A DNA stretch of 64,000 bases. It comes from Cyanidioschyzon merolae. Its lineage: Eukaryota. This document shows, piece by piece, positions 12,149 through 21,870 of this stretch. Positions within the stretch are counted from its first letter, which is position 1. Every line of letters starts with the position of its first letter. The notes below the pieces were generated by a model. That model worked only from the letters and a program-made list of their open reading frames with translations, ran no database searches and was not told the origin of the DNA. The position numbers and the translations under genes are program-made. The stretch is from assembly GCA_000091205.1 (NCBI GenBank), contig AP006501.2. One strand, given 5' to 3'.

Positions 12149-12544
12149 ATGCCAACGAAGGTCAAGAAAAACGTGTCTGCGAAGAAAGCAACAACCCGCC
12201 GGTTTGTACTCGACTGCAGTGCACCAGTTGGAGACGCTATCCTTGACACGGCGTCCTTAGAAAAGTTTCTACAGGATCGCATCAAAGTCAATGGAAAGAC
12301 CGGCCAGCTGGGTGATTTTGTTGCTGTGTCCCGCGACGGACGAACGCGAATCGCGGTGGTTACACGAGTGCCGTTCTCGAAGCGATACCTCAAGTACCTC
12401 GCGAAAAAGTACCTGAAAAAGCAGCAGCTCAGAGACTTTCTTCGTGTCGTCGCAACTGGACCTGACACATACGAGTTGAGGTACTTTAGTATTCATGATG
12501 AGGACGTCGAGAAAGATGAGGAGGATATGGAGGAAGATGAGTAA
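12149..12544 (+). CDS. RPL22: 60S ribosomal protein L22e
   Basis: [33 protein letters not shown]...[16 protein letters not shown]...[29 protein letters not shown]...YELRYF plus an acidic tail. Near-diagnostic L22e blocks ([25 protein letters not shown]). True ATG at 12149; the listed ORF start at 12098 is non-ATG. Confidence 0.85.
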   Translation: MPTKVKKNVSAKKATTRRFVLDCSAPVGDAILDTASLEKFLQDRIKVNGKTGQLGDFVAVSRDGRTRIAVVTRVPFSKRYLKYLAKKYLKKQQLRDFLRVVATGPDTYELRYFSIHDEDVEKDEEDMEEDE

Positions 12545-14799
12545 GTCATAACTCGCATCATCTGACGCACACGGTAGGTTTGCGAGATGGACCCGTCATC
12601 TGCACCGCATCAGCATTGAGTTTCGCGATCTCTTGAGTGATTGGGGCTTGGCGCGAACCGGGCGAAGCCCCGTTGGCAGCGCCCTGCGGACAGATAACGA
12701 GAAACGTTCGACTGCGGCCGCAAGACCCAGAATAGCTGCGTGTTTTCTGCCTAACGCTCGTGGTGCAGTGCGCTCAGAGCGCACTGGACGTGCGCATCGT
12801 GGGAGATGTGTGGTGTGCATTTGGCACCTGGGACGATGTGCCAGAGCCAGGTCGGTTCGCGACGAGAGGATTTGAGGCATTTGCAACGGTTGCGCGATTC
12901 CAAGCAGAAGACAAGTGTGACGGGGTTCAAGTCGTGGCCGCCTGGGAAACTCTTTCTCCATGTGCATCATTTTCAGTATCGATCACATAAGCCGATCATA
13001 CTTGCAAGTTGAGCAGTCCAGTGCGGACCGTCCTCAGGCAACAAATCGGCGCCACAGCTGTCTGCCCGCGAGCCACGCTACCCAGTTCTTGTGGCGCCAG
13101 GCGCTATGCACTCGGCAAGCCTGGGGCCCTCTCTGGCATACCTGAGCGTAGTGGACGTTTTGCGCCCCGAACGAATCGACCCAGAGAGCGAGCGAACGAT
13201 TTACACTTCGCTGGTCATTGTGCAACAGACCGCCGATCGAAAGTGCATGGCAGCAGAGGCGGCAAATGAGTACCCGACGCAAGCGAATCGCCCGTCCAGA
13301 GGATGTAGCGCTGGATGTTGTCGTTTCAGCTGGTCGGGCACGCGCTGGGCAGTCGAGTCCCGAAGCGCTTGGAAACGGTGCTTGGTGCTCGCGAGCGGCA
13401 CGGCGAAAGGGTGCGTTGCTCGGAACCGGTGCGTTCTGGTACCCAACGAATACATCAAGCCTTGGCGGATTGCAGGACACTGACCGATGCCATGCGGATA
13501 AAATCATGCCAGATATCCGAGCCGGCTGCCGATGGCACCCAATTCACTATCCCTGCGCGTCCCGAACTAGTGCACATGCAGTGCGCGCATTCTCCCTGAG
13601 TTGACGAAGAATCACCAAGTGACTTACACCAAATCTACCACGCCTTGCGTTTCTCAAAGACTCCTCCGCTCAAAAAGAACCGCTACCAGAAGAAGTAGTC
13701 TCGGTTGAGTTCACGAACACCAGCAGCGCATGCGCGCTGACGTTCGCTCTGCGCATTACACTGACACGCGTCGATAGCGCACAGCGCCTAACCCGACAAG
13801 CGTGCCCTGCCCGATCCCAGGGGATGCGGCGGCATCTCGGCGAGCGCGCGCGCTTCCACGCACGCACCCATCGACGCGATCTACGACGCGCAGCTGGGGG
13901 CGCGTACGCATCCTCTCGCGGGGCGCTGATGGTAGATGGTACCGCGGAGCGCGCAGGCTATACGCCGCAAACGCTGCCGCGAGCGCCGAACAACCAGGCC
14001 CGATGCCGGACGATACAGGGAACACACACCCGCAGGGGTGCGCTGTTCCACTGTGTCCGTATCCGCCTCCCGATTTTCTCGTGAGCAGGCCGCGACGCTT
14101 CGTGTGTGCATCGCAGGTGCATTCGCACTCGCGCCCCGGGCGGCGAGCATTGATGAATGCAAGCCGCCCGGCGCCGCTCGTTGACACTGCCGAGAGCTTC
14201 CCCGCGCCCACGCAAAGGACCGACAGGCATGCCGAAGCCGCCCGTTGGCCCGAAAGTACTGGCGCGATACGCGCAGCTTTCCGGTAGCGATTCCGCGATT
14301 CAGGAACTGAGTGGCGAATTCGGGGCCGCGTACGCGCCTGTGGTCGTGACGCATGCGTCGATCTGTGACAAGCGATACCTATACGGGCTATATGAAGAAC
14401 ATATGCCGCCGGCCTTGATGCCCGTGTGGGTACTTTGCCGCGGAACCGGCGACACGCATCCATCGGCATATGTGCGCGTACGGAGAGGCTTCGAAACCTG
14501 AACCCGCTCAGCAGCCTTCGCTAATGTATCGCCGGTATGCGTACAGTATATAAAGTCCAGCTTTGCAGATCAGACGATGTCCACAATATACATTTATAGA
14601 CAGTATTGGACAGAGAAGATGTATGCTTTTGCGCAGCGCACTACGCGCCAACAACAATTGCAGCGCTTCCATCCGTGCGAAATGAACTCAGAACAATGAA
14701 CTGCTCACGCAGTTCCTGCTGTTCGACTATGTTCAAAAGTATTTAAAGATATACAGCCTCGACTCGCGATGTTCAGGAATACGGGCATACGGATCGGTA

Positions 14800-15300
14800 C
14801 CGGTTTAAGGATTCTCGGTCATCTATACGAGGTGGCTCCTCCGACGAGTTGCTGCCGAAATTCGTTACGTCACCAGGATTAAGGTGATTGGTGGCGTCTC
14901 CGAAATAGCGTCCATAGAAAAACGGGTATCGTCATCAGGTTCGTATGTACAAGCATCGATTCTACTCCGTGCCTTGCAGATGGAATGCTCAAATCACAGG
15001 TACTTAGTGTGGTCGATCTGTTTCGTGCAAGGCACATCATCGGCGTCCTTTGGAGACTTGCTACCAGTCTCATTCAAAAAAATTAACTTCACTGGACTCG
15101 TCACGTCAAATACTCTTATCCAGTTTAAAGATAAATCCAGATCTCTTTGTGTTCATCCACGAAACGGCACTCGACCACAGCGTGATGCTGCTTCCGGGAC
15201 ACACTCCTAGAGGCCCTGGTCTCTTCTGCCTGCACCTCAACGGTCCCAGACTCGGATTCAAATCATCATGTGAGTCATCATTTTTAGCAGAGTGACACTC
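14800..15300 (+). repeat. Dispersed repeat family, copy A
   Basis: Colinear similarity to 20525-21100. Examples: ggattctcgg...aaattcgttacgtcaccagga at 14807-14878 vs aggattctcga...gaattcgtaacgtcaccgga at 20531-20600; tcacgtcaaa at 15101 vs 20865; ...ggtctcttctgcctgcacctc vs ...cgtctcttctgcttacatg. Translated remnants are also similar (NPDLFVFIHETALDHSVMLL..GLFCLH vs NLDLFLAIEETVCHSSMTFL..RLFCLH). Confidence 0.6.
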
Positions 15301-16460
15301 GTCGCTCTGCGCGAGCCGAGCGTAGATGGATGGATACGGCACCGGGCGCGTAAACGCATGGCATCGAGGTCAGACACGCTCGCCTATGTAGACGTCTTGT
15401 CGATTAAAAAAATCGAGCTCAGACCACTGCACCCGTCCAGAGCATGTTTCGAGCGATGAAGCGAGTGTTTACGGGCCGATGGGCGAAACTCGGTGGAGTT
15501 TTTTCGGATATATCCGAACAACCAGCCGAATCCAAATTTCAGAGCTGCAGAGCGCCCAGCGATGCTGTGTACAAAGAAAATGAAAACGGCGAGCGAAGCG
15601 CAGATCGCAACTTCCGCCTCTTCATGAAAAGCATCGATAGGAGCCGGACGCTGCGAAATCGGCATTTTAACGCGACCACAGACGTCGTTTGCCAGTTGGC
15701 AACGAAGCTAGAAGAACACGAGAGACCGGCGTATTGAAAGCCGTAAATTAGAGAGATGAAAAAAACAAGTCGAAGAAACACCCGCATGGGCTCGAAGCGA
15801 GTACAATGGGTGCAGCAACGAACCAAGCCTCATCCCTTGAAACTTACCAGAAATTCATTAACGAGCCTAGCAGCCTGTTTTCAGTCTGCCTATAACAACG
15901 CAAGAAACAAAATGATCTCCGCTTGCCGTGGCTTTCCTTCCCGCCAAGTCGTTGGGCTCGTTAGTATTCACTTTCCAAGCCAGATATACCTGCATCTATC
16001 TATCGATCTATCTATCATGAGTTTTGAACCGATTCCTGGTTACCAACAAGCCCAAAAGCCCCGACGCTCCATTGCGAGCTATGCCGGTTGACTCGAATGA
16101 GGTCCCGAAACGCTCTGTCGGGTAGCGCAAGCAGGCCCCGTGGATGCATCGCATCTATGGACCAGCCAGCGATCACGGAAACTATCACTGTCGCTGCGAT
16201 GTATAGAGCACGAACTGTGCAGCAACGAAGCAGCAACTTTTCTTGCTCAAGCGAAGATTCTATCCTGTTTCTCATTTTTCCTCGGATCGAACAGAACAGG
16301 TCTGCAGGAAAGCGAGTCATCCCGAATGAGCGCGAATCGAGGATCGTCCCCACAATACCGCCTCAGACTCGCGTGCTGGCCGGTTTGGAACGCGCAAGCC
16401 GGCTGGCGCTCGAATACCGTCGCTCTTGGCTGGGTCTCGCGTGACCTAGAGACATAGCGA

Positions 16461-16889
16461 TCACCTCGATGAGCCAGGAGTCTCTGTTCTATTGTGTCGT
16501 GTTCGGTCATTGGGTCCTTCAAGACCCGTTGGAGGTGACGAGGCGGCGTTTGGAGCGAAGAGCTTCCACTCACGTTTGTGGGCACCACGAATTTCCCGCT
16601 CCTTCTCTTCGGTCACACCTCGCCAGGTGAACCGCCCGTAAGCCTTGAGGCGTGTACCCTCCTTGCGCGCAATAATTCGTGTCAACATCCAGAACGAGTC
16701 GTCACCGTGTCCGTTACGAATCCAGGTCTTTCGTGTAAAACGCTGACCGTAACCATAGTTCGGTAACTTTCGAGCAACTTCAAAGAGTTTCAGACCACGC
16801 GCGGCGAGCAGCACCGAGGTGCTGTGCAGCATGGTGCACGAACAGTGCCCAAACGCCACCGCCCGGTCGAGTCCTAAAGTTTGTTTCAC
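16461..16889 (-). CDS. Small basic protein, possibly a ribosomal (mitochondrial) protein; hypothetical
   Basis: 142-aa basic ORF (...NYGYGQRFTRKTWIRNGHGDDSFWMLTRIIARKEGTRLKAYGRFTWRG...). It is protein-like but I cannot place it in a family. Confidence 0.25.
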   Translation of the reverse strand: MKQTLGLDRAVAFGHCSCTMLHSTSVLLAARGLKLFEVARKLPNYGYGQRFTRKTWIRNGHGDDSFWMLTRIIARKEGTRLKAYGRFTWRGVTEEKEREIRGAHKREWKLFAPNAASSPPTGLEGPNDRTRHNRTETPGSSR

Positions 16890-17099
16890 TGGCCGAGGCT
16901 TGCCTTTTGCACTAGCGGAGGCGTATAGAACCAGTTCAGGTACAATGTACAGCGCGGAGTCGTTTGTAACGAGTTTGGTGGCAGTCTCGTGGTGCTCACA
17001 AGCGCCACTTCGTACTCAGAGGCGAACGCAACGCGCAATTCTGCGCACAGCGCACGAGAGGCCGCGGACAGCAGTTCTGCTGCATAGACGCTTTGCTCG

Positions 17100-17410
17100 A
17101 CGCTATCCGCGTGCTGGAGCTGGAATCGCGGTCTCTCAGATGGCAAGATACTGCAGAGGATCTCCAAATCGACTGCTAGCATGCGATATGGGGCGCAGCG
17201 CATCCTCACAGAAGCTAGGATACGGGCCTGGAGCTCTGCATCGGCAACAAGAGTGCGATGCGGGGTCCAGTGCGTCTTCGCAGATGGCGAGATACCGCAG
17301 AGGATGTCCATCTCAGGTGCTAGGATACGATGCAGAAAGCAATGCATCGTCATCGACTATAGGAAAGCGGTGAGGATCTCTGTATCAGTCGCTAGAGAAT
17401 GATGCAAAAC
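17100..17410 (+). repeat. Degenerate tandem repeats (~70-150-bp periodicity)
   Basis: Recurring motifs include cagatggc(a/g)agatac(t/c)gcagaggat(c/g)tcca (17137, 17281), gctaggatacg... (17212, 17316) and ggatctc(c/t)...tcg.ctgctag (17155, 17372). They produce the repetitive pseudo-ORF at 16819..17373. Confidence 0.6.
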
Positions 17411-17744
17411 GAAATTTATCCAGGGCCTCTGGTGCACCGCCGCTTGGCCCGCTGAAGCGCTTCACCTCAGCGTTCTCGGCGCTTGCTTCGGTGGGCGTTT
17501 ATGGTGCAGCAATCATCAACGCTTGCTTCTTGAATGACGAAATCGTTTCCGAAGAACTTGCTGAAGGAAAACGAAATCGTCGCTCAGTATCGATGGGTAC
17601 CAAACGCCGCTGCACAGCTTGACATAACCGTTTCATAGGGCTTTTCTTTGCCGCAACTGGGCACCGTTGCCGTGTATTGAACAGGGAGCATCCAATGCCG
17701 GCTTGCATTGTGGACAAGAATATCCAGGGACATCAGGCTCTGAA

Positions 17745-19619
17745 TCAGCTGGCCCGACGTGACCGATCAGTGTCAGTAAGTTTCCCTGGCAGAACCTGAA
17801 TCACACCGCAGCGTAGTACATGCCGCATTCCTTTGAAAGCCGGCTGGTGCTCGTTTGCAATGATCAGACGTTCGATGCGAAGACCGCTTAGACTATACGC
17901 GAAGGGTGCAAAAATCAGATCCGCATGGGTCACGGATATAGATTCCCCGAAAGGCACACCATCAGCATGCAGGACGCTTTCCATGTGAGCTACTCGAACG
18001 GTATCCAGCTTCGCAATGCTCCAGCTCAGGCACAAAGATGACACATCCCACGATACCGAACCGATATTACTGTACAATTGATGTGATGCCGGTGCTCTGA
18101 ATGATGAACCGCGCCTTGCGCTCGCAGTGGGCGTCAGCATTCGCAGGTAGACGCGCAACTGCAGATGCTCCAGCGTGACCGAACCCAACATGTGCAGCTT
18201 TATAGAGGCCACGACCCGAATAAAACATCCCTGTTCGGATGTCTGGGTGCCGCCTCGGAGGATCACCTCCAGCGGAAACACACTGCTTGAATCGTTCACC
18301 GCCACATGTGTACCTGAATGCGGGATCAAGCGCCAGAGCCAGTATGACGCTAGCCGAAAGGATCCATCCGGCGGGATGAACGACATGGTCAGCGCAGACC
18401 CCGAGGTGTTTCGCTCCGACCGAAGGGCGCACTCGTGAAACGCCATTTCACGCTCGCCAACCTGGTGGCACTGTAGTTGCATCTCAAGCTGCGGACAACC
18501 CGACAACCGGGACTGGCACTCGAGGGCACCGCGCACCGCCCATTCTACAGGAGTCCCCTGCTCGCCAGACACAGTTGCGGACAGGGTCTCGACAATATCC
18601 ACAAGAAACTCTTCGGTTGCGTGCTGAACTCGAGTAGGTCGCCAGGGAGCCCGCGGTTCGCACTGAGGTGCAATGCCTCGGCGAGTATCCAGCACCGAAG
18701 CATGACCTGCAACGGTATTGGCGCTTTGGCGTTGCGCAGCGGAAGCGCTGCTCTGGATAGCGACAGCATCCGAATGCGTCCCGGAAACTCGCTCGAAGGG
18801 CCTTGGTAGGGAGCGTCTCGCAGAGCTGGTTGTTCGGTATAGATTTTGCCATAGCGTTGACGCTGCCGATGCCATGATCCCAGTCGGACCGGGGCGCTCC
18901 GTTGGCACTGATCGAACCTGCGAAGCGACTGCGCCTCGTAGCGATATAGAATGGTTCATGGACGTCCAGCGATCCAGACCAAGGCGAGTATCCAGGGCGC
19001 CAGCAACGTTCACCATGATCTGTTCGAGGGAACTGGGAAAAGTCACCAGCTGGAGCAATACACTGGGTTCCGTGACTAGCGGCAGACCTCGTGGATGCAT
19101 CTCCTCCAGCAGTTCGTATACTGCGACAAAGTGTTCGCGAAGCCACTGCGCACTCAGATGACCCCTGCTGCACTCCTTGAGGAGCGGAAGGAGGTGGCGA
19201 TCGAGCGAATCCAGAACAAGCGCAGCAGAGAGCCACTCTCGCGCTGAGACCGGAGGGTACTCATCGACACCTGCGAGAAACCACAGGCCGTTGACCTCTC
19301 GGTAGCAGAAGAAACCGCTCGCCCTGCTGCCTGCTTCTCTGAAACCTTTTCGCTCTGACCACGGGAGAGTGCCGGCGGCATCAGAACGCCGCTGGGGTTG
19401 CTCTTGGATGAGCTCCCAGAACTCCTGGATCACGTCGCGAGAGGAACCATTCCACTCGTAAAGAGCACTCCAGCGCTTCTCTACTAACGGAGCTCCCAGC
19501 TCGTTCAAGATGCATAGGTAGCGGAGCATGTAACTGAGCAAACAGAGAAACGTGCTTTCGCTGCTGGACGCTATCCCGCACGCCAGCGGATAAAGGCTCC
19601 AGCACCACCGAAAGTCCAC
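17745..19619 (-). CDS. Adaptor-complex mu-subunit-like protein (longin-like N-terminus plus mu-homology domain), divergent and long
   Basis: The listed start (19619) is GTG; the first ATG is residue 31. N-terminal FFCYREVNGLWFLAGVDEY resembles the adaptin sigma/mu longin fold. C-terminal LTMSFIPPDGSFRLASYWL resembles the mu2 block VSFIPPDGEFELMRYR of the mu-homology domain. At 624 aa it is longer than canonical mu subunits (~430 aa). Confidence 0.45.
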   Translation of the reverse strand: MDFRWCWSLYPLACGIASSSESTFLCLLSYMLRYLCILNELGAPLVEKRWSALYEWNGSSRDVIQEFWELIQEQPQRRSDAAGTLPWSERKGFREAGSRASGFFCYREVNGLWFLAGVDEYPPVSAREWLSAALVLDSLDRHLLPLLKECSRGHLSAQWLREHFVAVYELLEEMHPRGLPLVTEPSVLLQLVTFPSSLEQIMVNVAGALDTRLGLDRWTSMNHSISLRGAVASQVRSVPTERPGPTGIMASAASTLWQNLYRTTSSARRSLPRPFERVSGTHSDAVAIQSSASAAQRQSANTVAGHASVLDTRRGIAPQCEPRAPWRPTRVQHATEEFLVDIVETLSATVSGEQGTPVEWAVRGALECQSRLSGCPQLEMQLQCHQVGEREMAFHECALRSERNTSGSALTMSFIPPDGSFRLASYWLWRLIPHSGTHVAVNDSSSVFPLEVILRGGTQTSEQGCFIRVVASIKLHMLGSVTLEHLQLRVYLRMLTPTASARRGSSFRAPASHQLYSNIGSVSWDVSSLCLSWSIAKLDTVRVAHMESVLHADGVPFGESISVTHADLIFAPFAYSLSGLRIERLIIANEHQPAFKGMRHVLRCGVIQVLPGKLTDTDRSRRAS

Positions 19620-19779
19620 TCTGCGACGAACTTTTAGCCCCCAGGCGCGTTATCGAAAAGGCTACAACAAGCCTGACGCTCCCCCAGTTCGCTCCAACTA
19701 CCCGCCGGTGTCCACGAGGCCCTGCAGTAAAGCCCTTGAAAGCATAATCCATGGAATTGGCGACCTCGATGGTGCAGCA

Positions 19780-20066
19780 ATTTTGGACACACCCTGATCG
19801 GCAACGAAAGCTTCTCTCATCAGCCGGTGCATCGTTGATGCTCAATGAGTGTCAGTAGACGCTCCGAGATACAAAGTTCGGACACGTTCTATCCAGCACT
19901 AACAGCCTCTGTCATCAGCCGGTACATCCTTGATGCTCCATGAGTCTCAATAGACACTCCGAGATACAAAGTTCGGATACGTTCTATCCAGCTATACCAG
20001 CTTCTTTCACCAGCCGGTGCATCCTTGATGCTCCATGAGTCTCAGCAGACGGTCCGAGATACAAGG
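19780..20066 (+). repeat. Tandem repeat, ~94-bp unit x ~2.8
   Basis: Units at 19811-19905, 19906-19999 and 20000-20066 (truncated), each containing tcatcagccggt(g/a)catc(g/c)ttgatgctc(a/c)atgagt...ctccgagatacaaagttcgga(c/t)acgttctatccagc. A diverged partial copy sits upstream. Confidence 0.8.
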
Positions 20067-20524
20067 GCGCCTGCGAATATCCAGCCAATTTTCCTTTGTC
20101 TCCTGCGGACGACTCCCTATGAAAATGTCTGCAGTACGGAATTCCCTATTGGAATCGATGTTTCATGGATCTGGTACTCCACAAGGCAGCCGAGCTAGCC
20201 GCGCCCAGTTGCCTCGGGTCTCGGCGCGTTTCCGCCAACTATCTGTTGAACGGTCGCTTAGACCCTGTCCAGGGTAGCTGGATAGCGGACAAGAGACGCT
20301 GGCGCTCGCTTTGAATCCCTCTCCGGCGTGCGGACGTTCGGCAGGTGCGGAACATCCGTCTCTACGTTGTAGTCAACAGGCGTACGACAGCGTAGCGGTT
20401 CAGAAGAAGTCGAGTCGCATCCGGTATGTTTGGCTCATGCTCGTGCAGGCCCGAAACCTGCTTCGTGCCTCTTGGCCGTTGGACAGGATCTCTCGGGGCA
20501 ATTAATGTCTAGAGGATGCATTCG

Positions 20525-21100
20525 TGATTTAGGATTCTCGATCGTCTTTCCGGAACGGCTTCTATGACGCTCTGCCGCTTGAATTCGTAACGTCACCGGA
20601 ATCAAGACGACTCGAGACGCTCCGGAAAAAAAGGTTGCGTACAAGAACGGATATTATTAGTCTTCAATCCATGAATGCAACCCGTCGCTCTTTTTCCCTT
20701 ACGGGTTCCAAGCTGAAATCGTGTATTCTTCAAGTATCTGCTTTTTCTGCTCCGTGACAACTCGTGGGCGGAGCAATTCTTGCCGTTAGACTAACGAGGA
20801 AAAATAGCAAGGCCGTCCCTTGATGACTTGCTGACGACCACATTCCGAAAGTTCACAGAGCTTGTCACGTCAAAACCTCGATTCCGATCAAATGAAAAAT
20901 CTTGATCTCTTCCTGGCCATCGAAGAAACAGTGTGCCACAGCAGTATGACATTTCTCAGGGCATACGCTCCCGGAGGCTCCCGTCTCTTCTGCTTACATG
21001 AAAAGGAGGCTTGGATGCGGATTCGAGTCATCGCAGCGATCACGTCCAGTGGAGATAGTGTCGATCTTTTGCACGAAGGGAGCGAAGGCGCATCGAACTT
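20525..21100 (+). repeat. Dispersed repeat family, copy B (same orientation, ~70% identity to copy A)
   Basis: See copy A. Insertions or deletions of ~40 bp differ between the copies. Both copies lie in AT-richer intergenic DNA. Confidence 0.6.
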
Positions 21101-21870
21101 TTTTGTTTTCTTCTCCAGCCCGAATTCTCGTTCCGGCACTGGATTTACCATGGATAAGTTCGCGTTTCACAAATCCCGTGTCAAATGGGACAGCTTGCGC
21201 TCGCAAGAGAAGCGGACAGGGTACTCGTGGATGGTGTCGCTTAGATGAAGCCCGTCATCCTTCGGTATAGCAGGGGGCGCGGACGCGGAGGGAGGCATCT
21301 AAGAGAGCCTCCTGTACCCCTCAAGGGTATCCACCGAGCGCTGAAGCCAGCGTTCATGTGCCACAGGGCACCAACCAGACGACATGTGGTGGATCGATGC
21401 GAACGCCTGACTCTACTACATTGTCACTGCTTCAAACGGTACACCCAGGCTATTTACAGAAAAGATGCAACAGGCAAGCGAAGCAAACACCGCAACGACG
21501 GTCTATGCATGAAATTCGTCACGAACAATCGGAAGCAACGAAATCCCGACCTCAACGCCGGAAGCGACATCGTTCGAACGCTGCCTCCGGGGCTAGAGGG
21601 ACATGAGCAATCAGCCTACAGAATACCGGAGATACGACAGAGTGAAAGAAAGCTGTCACAGAAAAGCCCGCAAAAGCTAGTATTCATGATAACTGCAAGA
21701 GACTCGGGCTTTAGTTTGTGCAACAGCGTTGATTCGGTGGAAACCGTTCCTTTTCATTCTCGTGCGAATGTACCAAACTCTACCGCACGTGTGCGTGCTG
21801 CTCGGAATCAGCATGACAAGCTTCATACCACTGCAGACGCTGCCATATTTCACCAGCTCAAAAAAACAGG

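Noticed and set aside
13756-14469. 237-aa minus ORF and several other 80-160-aa ORFs in the GC-rich island
   Set aside because: The translations are Arg/Ala/Pro-rich and overlap in all frames. Stop depletion from high GC explains them. I report the region as a compositional island instead.
15241-15275. ggattcaaatc-containing stretch as a possible tRNA T-arm
   Set aside because: No acceptor stem, D-arm or anticodon arm can be built. It lies inside dispersed-repeat copy A and has a diverged counterpart in copy B. No tRNA-like GTTCGAATC/GGTTCGA blocks were found elsewhere in the window either.
16819-17373. 184-aa plus-strand ORF with an internally repeated peptide (VSQMARYCRGSPNRLLACDMG / SSQMARYRRGCPSQVLGYDAES)
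   Set aside because: It is generated by the degenerate DNA tandem repeat at 17100-17410. The listed start is non-ATG and the composition is not protein-like.
19780-20066. Possibility that the tandem repeats (also 50696-50912 and 26020-26260) are CRISPR arrays
   Set aside because: The window is eukaryotic. The units are direct tandem copies with no unique spacers of uniform length and no cas genes, so they are minisatellites.
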